A stretch of DNA of 64,000 bases from Octopus vulgaris (lineage: Eukaryota): contig OX597816.1 of NCBI GenBank assembly GCA_951406725.2, positions 89,590,001 through 89,654,000 of the forward strand, written 5' to 3'. Position numbers and translations under genes: made by a program. This document shows positions 12,761 to 26,500 of this stretch, in pieces. Numbering within the stretch: position 1 is the stretch's first letter; each line of letters begins with the position of its first letter. Below the pieces are notes generated by a model. It had not been told where the DNA came from. It did not search any database and saw nothing but the letters and a program-made list of their open reading frames with translations.

Positions 12761-13355
12761 TATACTTTTTTAAAACTAAGAATTCCACCGCACTGCTGAA
12801 TTCCAAATGAGAAATTTTCAGCAAATGCAAACATATGGCCAAGTTTCTTTTGACGAATTGGAGAACACTCCACCTCATCTCGGGATTGAGCAGCTGTATC
12901 GCAGACTTTGACCCCTTCTGTTGATTATACACCAACTAGCTTTATTGCTTCTCGGACAAAGAAGACATGATTCTAATTCTCTTCTTTTTTACTTTTCTTT
13001 TTCTGTTTTATTTTTCCCCCTTCCAATTTCTGGACCATCTTTTCCTCGTTTTTTCCTTGTGATTTCTCTTGTTCTGTCGTCCCGATCTGTAACTTGTATT
13101 GATCATAGCTCAGAGCCCACATATTGCTTTGAAACAATAGGTGTGCTATTAAAACCTACATATACAACATCTCCAGTGTATGAAATTAAGTGAAGCACAT
13201 AACTATATTTTATATGGATTAAACAGTGTTTATCTCAGACAGTATGGAGTATTTTTTGTTGATCATACCTTAACAGAAAAGTAAACTTAATCTATGTGTA
13301 CGTGTATGAGTGCTTGTGTGTGTGTATGTGTCCGTGTGTATATAAATGTATGTAC

Positions 13356-13387
<32 letters not shown>

Positions 13388-13674
13388 TCAGTGTGTGTGT
13401 GCAGTGTGCAAGTACGTGCTTTTTGAATGTGAAAACAATGTTTCTCTGCAACGTGATGTGCTGTAATTATAATTGCGTTTGACGAATTCAGTAGGTGGAA
13501 AGATATTGTTTAAACCTCGCCACTCGAAATCCAAGTCATCTGATTTTTCATTTGATGTTTTCGATGAGCATTATCAAAAGATATGTTTTACATCCTCTTG
13601 TTTAACATATTATTGCTTCAAAAATTAAAATGGGAAAAGGGAAAACACCAGAGATTCATATACTGAAAACTTAC

Positions 13675-13710
13675 CTGGTTGTAAGAAAGCTGGATCGATG
13701 ATAGGTGGGG
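13675..13710 (-). CDS. Host gene 36-bp small exon (APPIIDPAFLQP linker)
   Basis: Acceptor ttttatcatttAG, donor GTaagt; 36 bp, phase 1->1, Pro-rich. Confidence 0.65.
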
Positions 13711-14565
13711 CTAAATGATAAAAGAAAATACAAATGATTCTTATATTACATTAAAATATATTTATACGAAAATATACAAAATCCTGGGTTTCGAACTTCA
13801 GTATGATTTTTTAAGATCTTCGATAAATTTAACATTTTAGGTGACCGCTGGAAAAGCACGTTTAATACCTTTCCTCAAGCTTATGTAACAACACAAACAT
13901 ACAGGTGTCATCTTACATCTAAATGAACTAAATCATATAATGTCTTCGCTAGAGAGTATGAAATTGTTGATGATAAAGATATAAACATCAATATATAGAC
14001 TGTCATTTCATGGCCTCTAACGACTAAACTATTATTTTATATTATTAAAATTATATAGTTTTTTTTTTCTTTCATGTAAACCTTAAAGCACCTGATAGTG
14101 CTGGTATTTGAAACTCTTAGAGAAACCAAGTTAACATCTACTCTGCAATCTCAGTCACAACCACCTCACTCTAGTTTATAAAAGTTCTACCAATCAGTTG
14201 TAAAATTAATGTACTTTCTATGGCATTAAGTTGATGAAAACTCTGGTTTAGGTTTGCTACCTTAATATACAAAATGACTTGAACAACGAGTTTGAATCAT
14301 TAGTATATCACTTCCAGTTGAACTATTTCGTTACTTTGAAGAGGATATACTTTATAAGAACACATTATAGTTGTATTGTGCAGGAAGTTATGAAACTGAA
14401 GAACTTCACTGAACATTTTAATTTGTATTGCTAATAATTCATGATCTGGAATACGTGAAAGTATTGCACACAAGAACAGCTGTTAATTTGAAATGGCATG
14501 TTATAAAACGACTGGTAATATAGACCTTTAACTTTCATAAAATAAGATAAAATGATAAAGCTTAC

Positions 14566-14583
14566 CTGGTGGTTTCAGCGTCT
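14566..14583 (-). CDS. Host gene 18-bp microexon (ETLKPP linker)
   Basis: Strong acceptor gttctttttccAG and donor GTaagc; 18 bp, phase 1->1, frame-preserving. Confidence 0.6.
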
Positions 14584-16087
14584 CTGGAAAAAGAACAAAA
14601 ATTCATAAAGTGTTATGAAAGAGCACGAAAGAGATTTTCGTGTGTACCAGCAGTACCATAAATTGTATAAGGAATTTCTAAATGCATTCATATTGCTGCT
14701 ATACTGACTTCTTTGCTCTTCGAATCTTTCGCCAGTAAATATATAGTAAATACAGGAAGGGAGAATAGATTTCATGGTGAATTGATCTCACTTACATGTA
14801 TACTGCACAGGTGACGAAAGCGTTTTTATTGATTACAAAAGAGAAGAATGTATTATGGGAAAGAAAAACTGGCAGTAAATTATTATTAACCTTCTTGAGG
14901 CCCCGCAGTTGTTGTGTCATGTATGAACATTTGATGTAATTGCAGATATAACTTAAAGTGAATGATCGACTATTAGATTCATGTTAATAGTGTCACCTAG
15001 CCATACGTTTAAACAGTCTGGTTGAGCTAGCTATTAAAATTTTACACTTTTACAATAAACATATTCGCGAGCATACACCTTAACCCATTTTAACCCAGGT
15101 TAACCCTGTCGAAATGTTGAAGATAGTTATATGAATAGGGATAACAAACATACGGAAGCATCCAGTTAATCTTTATTGCAGTAAAAAAAAACAAAAACAA
15201 AAACAACTGTCCTTAAACAAGGACAGTGGGTAAATATGCATTAAAGATAGATTGGTTAAAATATTTTACATCAGTTATAGTACTGGTAAATTTTGGAAGT
15301 AACTTTTTTTGCGTCTAACTAAAAGAACATTAATACAAAGGTAAAAGTAACTTCTTAAGCATAACATGCAAATTATTCATACTTTTTTTTCAAACGATAT
15401 TTTGAATTGAAAATAGCCTCAATTGATGATGTAATTTGTCAAGAACTTTAGTCTTTTTCTAGTAGCTACACATTGATATTTTTAAAAAGATCAATACCAC
15501 AACGCATTAGGTTGGAAATAGAATATTAAGTTTAAGTATATTGAACTGGGTTCAAACAGAAGTTTAAACTAAGACTAAATATTTTTCTTGGAAGTAACTA
15601 ATCTATAATTTTTCTATAATGATTTGTATTTGTCTAGCGTATAAGTGAATTTATGAAATTTAAAGTCAATTATAATAGCAGACAAGTTTAATGATATTGT
15701 GCGTAATAGGATACTCAACAATCTCTTTATCTTTATTACACTGAACAAAGAAAGAAGAAACGTTTATCTCTATTGAAGTTAATTTCTTTTGTCAGGTATA
15801 TATGAATTTTGCCATTCTCCGGGGAATAGATATGAAATCAGCATACTTGATGTAAAGCTAAACACTCAACAGTTAAGTGAACTGTTGTACAGTACATTAA
15901 TTTAATGTACGTACATTAATTTAAGAAAGCTTAATGTAGTGACAAACAATAGTAATTCATAAGAGCTTTGCTATCAAATGATGATACATGAGTTGAAAAT
16001 ACATTAGTGGCATTATCTTAAAAATGTATATGTCACAGAGTTATCTAAAACATATGGTCTTCACCCTAATAAAAAGTAAGATGTATA

Positions 16088-16315
16088 TTAACCCATTAGC
16101 ATTCAGATTATTCTGTCAAATGTAAAGCTTATGTATTCAAACTATTTAAAATTAATCATGCACTATTTCATGACTTTGAGATTTCAGTGACGTGATTGTT
16201 TATTTTTGAAATGACACTATAAGGTAGCTATGGAAGACCATATCTGACCAGTTTTAACTTAAAACAGCTAGAATATTTTGGCTGTATATGGCAGTTTTAA
16301 ACACAAAAGGATTAA
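16088..16315. mobile_element. Putative TTAA-flanked non-autonomous element (piggyBac-like MITE)
   Basis: Begins TTAACCCATTAG and ends AAAAGGATTAA: imperfect terminal inverted repeats with TTAA at both ends. Confidence 0.45.
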
Positions 16316-17307
16316 ACTAGGTTCTTTACTATGTCTTGAGTACAAAACGTCAATCTGAGCGCCAATGATTTGTCAATAAGTTACTTAAACTGAGATTATT
16401 TCAATGATGAGTCGAACATTCCGGAATTTTCCTAATTGTTGACGATGCTCATCACAGATAATTTGCTTCAACTATTTTTGTTACATATATAAAATGCAAC
16501 AAATCACTTTCCAGTATAGATATCAGTGTGTAGTAAATGCTTTTTTTTTTTTTCGTTTCCCTTAAAATTTTTGTAGCATAAATGAATGTTAGTGGCATCA
16601 AATGAAAATCAACATGAAACGCGAATTAGAATTCAAATTCAGCCTTGCTTTTCTAAACTTCAAATGCTTATCATCATGTGAACAGTCCAGCAAATCTAAT
16701 CACAGTCTTAGCTTAAACTACTACAGAAATATTTATAACATACTTACCTTGTTTAGGATACATTATATATGACTTTGCAAAAGCAAACATGTTTATTTCT
16801 AATACTAAATACATTTTATCCATGTCCTGTATTTATCTTCGCGTAGGGTAAGCTTAAGGTGAAGAATTACCAGAATTGTAAAAACGTTCGATTTGTTTTA
16901 ACGCTCGGTGCATTATGTTTAAATCGTGCGGAGGTCGACTTTACAATTCATTATTTCGAGGTCGATAAAAAGACTATGTCAGTAGATTGATAGAATTCTA
17001 AAAAAAGCCAGATACGAAGCTTTGAGTATTTGCTCAGGTCTTTTGCGATCTGACAGCAGTGACTTCCTTAAAACGGCGGTGTTTCTCAAGGACACGACAG
17101 AGACATGAAGAATAAATATTTGCTTGCATGGACAACTGTTACACTTCTACAAAACAAACTTGCCCAGGACTACATACAGATGCATATAGGTAGTCAAGTC
17201 TGACCGATAGAAGCATCTAGAGAAAGAGTGTAGGTTTGAAAATTAAACACCGATCGCACACTGGATCAAATATGTAATAAAAATGATTATAATATCCTTC
17301 AACTTAC

Positions 17308-17479
17308 CTTTACATTCGCCATTGAGAGGAGCATAACCTTCAGGGCATTTACACATGCGTTGACCAAATTCAATTAGACAATCGGATCCTGTCGGACATG
17401 AACAACTTTCATGAATTTTTCCATTACCCAAACACGTTACCGATACTGAGCAGTCGCTTGATAATATAGTTGTGTTAGC
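17308..17479 (-). CDS. Host gene exon: TILa/EGF-like module, unit B
   Basis: Acceptor tttgaatcAG, donor GTaagt, 172 bp, phase 0->1. ANTTILSSDCSVSVTCL...CPTGSDCLIEFGQRMCKCPEGYAPLNGECK. Confidence 0.85.
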
Positions 17480-18014
17480 CTGATTCAAAGTAGAAGAATT
17501 AATATTTCCAATGACGTGCAATTTCAATAATGTCGTCTTTCGTTCACTATATTCTGCACATTTAAGGTGGCGAGCTGACAGACTGTTTAGTGCGCCAGGT
17601 AAAATGCCTGGTGGCATTTTGTGGGGTTGGTGTTATCTACTTACTCCTCCTATGAAATTGCTGGCCTTTTTGAAACCAATATATGTTACACATATTATTT
17701 TATGTTGTTTTAGTTATGTACACTAAAGTCAGCCATGATCGTGTAGACTTATGACCAATGACATTGCATGGGTAACCATCCGCTTTTTCTAGCTCAGACG
17801 TACTGTATCAATGTTTGCCGTCATCTGAAGTTTGGAGAGAAAAGATTTGCATAAATTGGCCACTACCAATATATGCAAGTCCTAAACCAGAACTATGCAT
17901 ACATGTAGCAGATATATGATGAGCTTTGAATTACAGAGGTCCTACAGAAAAAGCATTTCATCCGTTTGAAGACAGCAAACGAATCAATACCCAGAGTGCG
18001 CTGCACGAAAAGAA

Positions 18015-18052
18015 TATGTGTATGTAGCTAAGCATATATCAATATATATATG

Positions 18053-18086
<34 letters not shown>

Positions 18087-20345
18087 TGTATGCATGCATG
18101 CATGTATGTATGTATGTATGTATGCATGTATGTACGTATGTATGCATGTATGTATGCATGTATGTTTGTATGTATATATGTATGTATGTATGCATATATG
18201 TATGTATGTATGTATGCATGCATGTATGTATGTATGTGTGTATGTGTGTATGCATGTATGTATATAGGTATGTATGTATGTATGTATGCATGAATATATG
18301 TATGTATGTATGCATGTATATATGTATGTATGTATGCATGCGTATATGCATGTATGTAAGTATGTATGCATGTATGTATGTATGTATGTATGCATGTATG
18401 TATGTATGTATGCATGTATGTATGTATGTATGCATGTATGTATGCATGCAGAAATGTATGTATGTATGCATGCATGCATGTATGTATGTATGTATGTATG
18501 CATGTATGTATGTATGTATTATGTATGCATGCATGTATGTATGTATGTAAGTATGCATGCATGCATGTATGTATGTATGTATGCATGTATGTATGTATAC
18601 ATGTATGTATGCAGGTGTGTATGTATGTATGTATGCATATATGTATGTATGCATGCATGCATGCATGTATTATGTATGTATGCATGCATGCATGTATGTA
18701 TGTATGCATGCATGCATGCATGCATGTATGTATGTATGCATGCATGTATGTATATATGTATGTATGTATGTATGCATGCATGTATGTAAGCATGCATGCA
18801 TACATGTAAGTATGTATGCATGTATGTATGTACGTATGTATTTATGAATGCATGTATGTATGTATGTATGCATGCATGTATGTATGTATGCATGTATGTA
18901 TGTATATATGTATGCATGTATGTATGTAGGTATGTATGCATGCATGCATGCATGTATGCATGTATGTATGCATACATGCATGTATGTATGTATGTATGCA
19001 TGCATGCATGTATGTATGCATGTATGCATGTATGTAAGCATGTATACATGCATGTATATATGTATGTATGCATGCATGCATGTATGTATGTGTCCATGCA
19101 TGCATGTATGTATGTATGCATGCATGCATGCATGTATGTATGTATGCATGCATGCATGCATGTATGTATGCATGCATGTATGTATTTATGTATGTATATT
19201 TGCATGTATGTATGTATGTATGCATGTGTGTATGTATGCATATATGTATGTATGTATGCATGTATATATGTATGTATGCATGTATATATGTATGTATGTA
19301 TGTTTATATGTATGCATGCATGCATGTATGTATATATGTATGTATGCATGTATGTATGTATGCATGTATGTATGTATGTATGCATGTATGTACGCATGTA
19401 TGCATGTTTGTAAGTATGTATGTATGTATGCATGCATGTATGTATGTACGTATGCATGCATGTATGCATGTATGTATGCACGTATGTATGCATGTATGCA
19501 TGTATGCATGTATGCATGCATGCATGCATGCATGCATGCATGCATGCATGTATGTATGTATGTATGTATGCATGTATGTATGTATGTATGTATGTATGTA
19601 TGCATGCATGCATGTGTGTATGCATGTATGTATGTATGTATGCATGCATGTATGCATGTATGTATGCATGCATGAATGTATGCATGTATGCATGTATGTA
19701 TGCATGTATATATGTATGTATGCATGTATGTATGTATTATGTATGCATGTATGTATGTATGTATGTATGCATGCATGCATGCATGCATGTATGTATGCAT
19801 ATATGTATGTATGCATGCATGTATGCATGTATGTATGTGTGTATGTATGTATGCATCTATGCATGTATGTATGTATATTTCTTTACTACCCACAAGGGCC
19901 TAAACACAGAGGAGACAAACAAGGACAAAGGGATTAAGTCGATTACATCGCCCCCAGTGCGTAACTGGTACTTAATTTATCGAACCCAGAAGGATGAAAG
20001 GCAAAGTCGTCCTCGGCGGAATTTGACCTCGGAACGTAACGGCAGACGAAATACGGCAACGTATTTCGCCCGGCGTGCTAACTTTTCTGCCAGCTCGTCA
20101 CCTATGTATGTATGTATGTATGTATGTATGTATGTATGCATGCATGCATGTATGTATGTATGTATGTAAGTATGTATGCATGCATGTATGTATGTATGCA
20201 TGTATGTATGTATGTATGTATGCATGTGTGTATGTATGTATGTATGCATGTATGTATGTATGCATGTATGTGTATGTATGTATGTATGTATGTATGTATG
20301 TATGTATGCATGTATGTATGTATGTATGCATGCATGTATGTATGT
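18015..20345. repeat. About 2.3-kb (TATG/CATG)n mixed tetranucleotide array interrupted by a SINE
   Basis: Directly visible; source of all the MYVC/HTYI ORFs. Confidence 0.97.
19876..20103 (-). mobile_element. tRNA-derived SINE with Tx1-like tail
   Basis: Near-identical to 3405-3637. Confidence 0.88.
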
Positions 20346-21462
20346 CAGGTCACTTTTGAGTGCTACTGGTAACATGTAACCCAGTACAACCTGTTGCATG
20401 GTCGGGTCGTCGGTGACTAAACCGGCAACCCCACCAAGCTTGCGTGGTGTGGAGGGTGTTTATTGGACACCCTGCGGGATGAAAACAAAACCCGTCAAAG
20501 GGCGGAGGAACTCTTGAGAGTCAACGGCCATCCAATAAATGTCTTAAAGCTGTATCATGCCCGGGGACATAGAAATAATCGGACTGAATACCCGATCGCA
20601 CGGTAAAACCATTGGGAGTGAAGGACTCCTAGCCTTTGTTAGGGTATGCTGCTGTTGCTTAGTGAGTGGGATTGACTCAGAACACAGCCTTTCCTCACTT
20701 AAAAAAATCTTCTTGCACAAGCATTGCACGATAACAACATTGATTAAGCTTCGTGCAATGGCCATACTCGATAACGAGGGGGAAGCCACCATGTATGTAT
20801 GTATGTATGTATGTATGTATGTATGTATGTATGTATGTATGTATGTATGTATGTATGTATGCATGTATGTATGTATAACAGCAGCGCCAGTCAGTCATTA
20901 CGAACAAACGAATTTCAAAAGCAAATTCACAACATTTACTGTGGAGAAAAAAATGCTCTTTTAGAGTAAAAGGTGCAAAAACACCATATCTGCCCAGTGT
21001 TTCCCTCCGGCGGATTCCTACACCCAGGTTTCTGACTCTTAAGCATTTCTTCAATGGAAAATACCGAAGAAAGATAACTCAGAGCAAATTCAAAGACTTG
21101 ACTTAAACTCAAAAATAGCCAACACTAGGAACTGAGTTGCACTAGTGGACCGCCTGGTCGAAATAAAGAAAAATAGCAGCACCAGTGCCAAGCAGTGATT
21201 AGAAACAAATGAACTTTAGCTTAATTAAAATATGGTTATGACATTTTCACTTCTACTGGAAAATTCACTCTCGTGAATATCTGGGAGTCCGCTAGAGAGG
21301 AAGCACCGGCCAGATATAGAAATTTTACACCTTTTACTGTAAGAGAATATTTTTTGCACCATAACTGCATTGAATTTGCCTTTAGAAGTTAAAAATATAG
21401 CACAAACATATGTTAACTAGCATAAAGGTTCGTGTGCATGTTTGTGTGCATGTGCGTGCATG

Positions 21463-21505
<43 letters not shown>

Positions 21506-21595
21506 AATTTTTACCGAATATGGTCCTTTTCCATACCGAAATAGTACTAGGTGAAATTTGTTGATTTTATTAAATTAATTATATTTCAACCTATA

Positions 21596-23120
21596 TCTCT
21601 TATGATAAAAGGCAGATTTTCTCTGTCTCCCAAATAGTTTGTTTTTTATACAATTGTACAATATAGAATTTCTTCAATTGGAATTTACCTATGATTTTTC
21701 GAAGTAGATTCCATTGGGTCATTGCATGTAAATTTTTTTTTCAATTTCACCCCCAATTAAGCAAAAATTAGAGAAAACTCAATATTTTACGATTTCCCTC
21801 TCTCATTTCAAGTGCTTCACTCCTTCCATTACCACCACACTTTCTCCTACTTTCTCTTTGCAAGTGTGCAACAATTAAAGTGAAAGTATTTATATAACAG
21901 GGATGAGCCATTAATACTGGTCATCCTTTTTGCTAGAGGAAGATCCGCTATGGTCTTATATGCTATATCACTGGTTTTCAATTCATATTAATCAAATTAA
22001 TATTCAATTTTTCACCCTTATTATGTGTGTGTGTGTGTGTGTATTAGCAATTCGTATAAAATTGCATCAATGACTTGAACTTGAATAAGTGGTTTCACAT
22101 AAATGGGGATAAAATAAAAAGGTTTTTTGTTATTATTATTACTGTTTGACTATTGTAATCACGTTTGTTGGTTCCTCGTCAGGGAAATGCTGTTGTGTTG
22201 CATTTGTTAAATAATTGTAAACCGTAACCCTCCCCCTTTCGGAGAAGGGGCTCTGGTTATTGTTTAAAAATTGAATTGTGTCCCCGTTTGGGGAAATTGA
22301 CAATATTTTCACCGTCTTTACGGAAGCATTTTTGTTTAAATGCCTTCGATAGAAGAAAGTCCAAAAATGAATTTCGCTGTAGCCGTCCAAAAATGAATTT
22401 CGCTGCAGTCGTACACTTCTATACAAGAGGGAGGACAAGATCCAATTGATCGAAATTGCAAGAGACGGGCCTACAATTCCAGTCTGTTATATATTTTGAG
22501 TATTGTTATCACTAGCGATATCAAGATATAACTTTGTATTTTGTATTTTATGTGTAGATGTATATATATAGATGTACATGTAATATGTACACATATATAC
22601 ACATATATATATATGCATAATATATCTACCCATACACACATACGCACACACACACATACACACACACACACATACATAGGGGCAGGTGTGGATGTGTGGT
22701 AAAAAACTACGTTCCAAACACATGGTCCTGGGTTCAGTCCCACTGTGTGGTGACTTGGCAAGTGTCTTCTGCTGTAGCTTCAGACCAACAAAAGCCTTCT
22801 CAGTGGATTTTGTACATATATACAGGCATACATACATATATATACATTTAACAAATCTCAGGGTCAAACCCTCTCTGTAGCTGGTCTTCTCTTGGAAGAG
22901 CCCTGCTTCTCGCATAGGCAACTGTATGTTGCCTGCTCAAGAATAGGAACCAAAAGAAACCTTTTTGTATATGCTCCACAAGGAATAACAAGGAACATTG
23001 TTTACAACGAGGTGTTATAATCTCAACAGCCAGGAGGTATATACATGATCCCCTTTTTTTTAACAAACTTCATGTACTTTCATGTATTTATACCCGGCGT
23101 TGCCCGGTTACATTCAATAG
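21596..23120 (+). mobile_element. Composite non-autonomous Helitron-like element(s)
   Basis: 5' TCTCTTATGATAAAAGGCAGATTTTCTCTG matches the 23220 Helitron start. Internal blocks are shared with 53446-59887. 22848-23020 encodes a Pif1 C-terminus (NKSQGQTLSVAGL...QLYVACSR...NIVYNEVL*), and there is a CCGG-CGTTGC-CCGG hairpin near 23095. Confidence 0.7.
22685..22812 (+). mobile_element. Truncated tRNA-derived CORE-like SINE
   Basis: GGGTTCAGTCCC B box and TTGGCAAGTGTC core; homologous to 34920-35060. Confidence 0.7.
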
Positions 23121-23161
23121 AAGAATTAGACTTTTCTGTTATATATATACATGGATACACA

Positions 23162-23211
<50 letters not shown>

Positions 23212-23219
23212 TATATGTA

Positions 23220-23489
23220 TCTCTTATGACAAAAGGCAGATTTTCTCTGCCTGTTACCATGTTCGTTTTTAATACAAATCAGTCCTCTTCCTACCACCCT
23301 TATTCAACATCACACATTCTGCTACTTTCTTTTATTAATGCTTAAACCACTCCTCAAAAAAAAAGAAAAAGAAAAAGAAAATCCAGACAGGAAACAGAAC
23401 AAAAACACTCAAACACACACACACGTGTGTGTTTGTTACAGTTGTCAATTGTTGAAAGAAACAAATTGTAAGCTAAGAAGGTCTGTGTG

Positions 23490-23587
<98 letters not shown>

Positions 23588-26500
23588 TGTGTGTGTGTGT
23601 GTGTTTGTGTGTTGTGAGTGTATGTGTGTGTATGTGTGTGTGTATGTGTGTGTGTATGTGTGTGTGTGTAGGAAGTGAAGGATAAAAATATGGACCTTTT
23701 ATTTCCGTACAGACAACATAACACTATCAACCTCATACCACCACAACATTTTTCTTTATCCTGTCAAAAACTGATTCATTCTATCCCTTTCACCTACGAC
23801 CTCAGCTACGTCAGCCGAAAGTAAAATCAACAGAGGATCACCTTTATGCCTACAAACGTATGTCTATTTTTATAGCTGCAACACATTATATATACCGTAC
23901 TTAATACACACCACAAATGTACCCTGAACGAGAAGGACTATTCATCATAATACATCAGTTCCACACATTTACCCTGGTTCCATTTCGGACAACTGCACAA
24001 ACATTTGCCATTTGACACATGTATGTAAACAAATTCCTTTCTTAAAAATTTCAATTCATTTTCTTTTTCAATTTACGTTTCTATACACTTTACACAAATA
24101 TTTGATTAAACAACTAAAACACTTCACATTTCGAACATGTACGTAAACTACTTCCATTCTTACAAATCTAACTTTATTTTCTTGCTTTTAACTCAACTTT
24201 CAATACGCTTTACACACTCTGTCGCTATACTTGCATAAACAATTTCTTTCAGCTGCAAATATTTCTTTCCTTTCCTTCCACGGTCAACATTTTTCCACAT
24301 TTCATTCACATTACAATTTCTATCTTTAAGTAACTTTCACCCTTTCTTTTTCACATAAAATGCCACCGAAAAAGAGAAGTCGTCTCGGCCGCCATACTGC
24401 AGCAGCAGCGGCGCAAAAGGCGATTATCGCAAACGAGTCCTCCGACAAAAAGGCTTTCAGACTTTCACAGAGCGCCTTACGTTCAGCGCAATCACGAGCT
24501 GCTGAAAATTTACAACAGCGCAACGCACGCCTAGCAAAAATGGCTTCATACGATGCTGCTTCCAGGGCTTCAGAGGGTCCGGAAACAAGGTCGAAGCGCA
24601 TGGCCATAAATGCTTCTGCTGTTGCTGCACAAAGGACTTCAGAGGACCCACAACAAAGGGCCACTCGACTGGCTACAAACGCTGCGGCTACTGCTGCTTC
24701 AACATTTTCGACACATTCCCACGACTCAGACCTGCAACGTTCTACATTCCAGCGAAACAGTCGACGCCGCGAAGCTACCCGCGGTCTGACGAGTCCAAAT
24801 AGCCCTTACTGGCATCTACGGGTTTCAAGTATGAGCCCAACTTCAATTACTCGATGCACGCTGACATAAATATTGGGGAAATGTGCTTCAATTGCCAATT
24901 CTGCAATGCTAAAAAGTGGGCTGGGGAACCACCTGCAATGTACTGCTTAAACGGTAAGGGCAGCTTGCTTCCTCTTCGGGAGCTGCCAGACCCTTTGAAG
25001 GAATTACTTACTGGTTCCACCTCAAGGTCATCAAAATTCCTTCAACTCATCAGGAAGTACAATTGTGCATTTCAGATGACTTCTTTCGGGGCTAACGTTG
25101 TCAGAGAAACTGGTTGGATGCCTACTTTCAAGGTCCAGGGCCAGGTGTACCACCTTATTGGGTCACTCCAGCCACTACAAAATTGCAAACCTTCGTTCCT
25201 TCAAATTTATTTCATTTCAAATTACAATAGGCAACTTGATGTGCGTTTCGGCGTAATTCCACAACCTGCAAACACTGACGCTGACAATTTCGACAGGGAC
25301 GTGCTGCTCAGTCTGCAAAACATGCTTCATGAGCACAACAGCTACATTCGCAGTTTCAAATACGCCTTGGAAACAGCCCCTTCACCAACATTCCCCATTG
25401 TCATCGATGCTGACAAAAGACCTTCTGGGGAGCACGCACGCCGATATAACGCTCCTTCGTGCAATGAAGTGGCCATAGTTCTCCATGGTGAACAGCACAA
25501 TCAGCGAGACATAGTTCTTAAAAGCCGCGACAGTGGTCTTCAGCGTATTAATGAGACGCATCGGTCATATGACGCCCTGCAGTATCCCCTTCTTTTTCCG
25601 TATGGAGAAGACGGGTAGCATTTCGGCATTCCTCACCACAAACCAAACGAGCCCACTGCTGCGACATCTAAAACTGTTTCATGTATGGATTTTTACTCAT
25701 ACCGCTTCATGACAAGGCATAATGATTTCAACCTCCTGCACAGATCATGGGAACTGTTTCACCAGTTTGCAGTTGACATGGCTGCAGAGATGGAGTCCGA
25801 GAGACTGTGCTTCATCAAATTGAATCAGAAGCAGCTGCGCTCAGACTCCTACATCCATTTGCGTGATGGCATCAGGAATGACACTGACACCCGCAATATC
25901 GGCAAAATGTGCATTCTCCCCTCAACCTATACAGGGGGCCCACGGTACATGCACGAGAGAACACAAGACGCTATGACTTACGTTCGGCATTATGGGCGAC
26001 CCGATTCATTCATTACCTTTACATGTAACCCAAAGTGGGTTGAGGTAACGCGAGAACTTCTCCCAGGGCAGCAGTACTGTCATCACCATGATATTATTGC
26101 AAGGGTTTTCAGGCAGAAACTGGCTAAGCTCATTCATTTAATAAAAAAATGGCAGGTTTTTGGGCCTGTTAACTGCCACATGTATTCTGTTGAGTGGCAG
26201 AAAAGAGAGTTGCCACACGCGCACATTTTGCTTTGGTTGGCCAACAAATTAGACCCAACAGTTCTTGATGATCTCATTGCAGCAGAAATTCCGGACCCAA
26301 CTGTTGACCGGCAGCTGTACGACATTGTGAAGGCACACATGGTACACGGTCCGTGCGGTCCTGGTTTTCAAAAGTTCTCCTCATGCCACAAAGACCACGT
26401 GTGCACTAAACGGTACCCAAAGAGGTTCGTGGACGAGACCCAGACTGGCCGCGACGGATACCCACTGTACAAAAGAAGGCACCCTGACAATAGTGGATTC

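Noticed and set aside
16748-16772. Candidate microexon with a GTAAGT donor
   Set aside because: Weak AAG acceptor, 25 nt (frameshifting) and an in-frame stop.
17984-20399. Many long ORFs (MYVC/HTYI repeats)
   Set aside because: Translation of a stop-poor tetranucleotide microsatellite; no coding evidence.
20990-21330. Possible mariner relics (also 49415-49800)
   Set aside because: Only faint motif similarity and no TIR pair found; too decayed to call.
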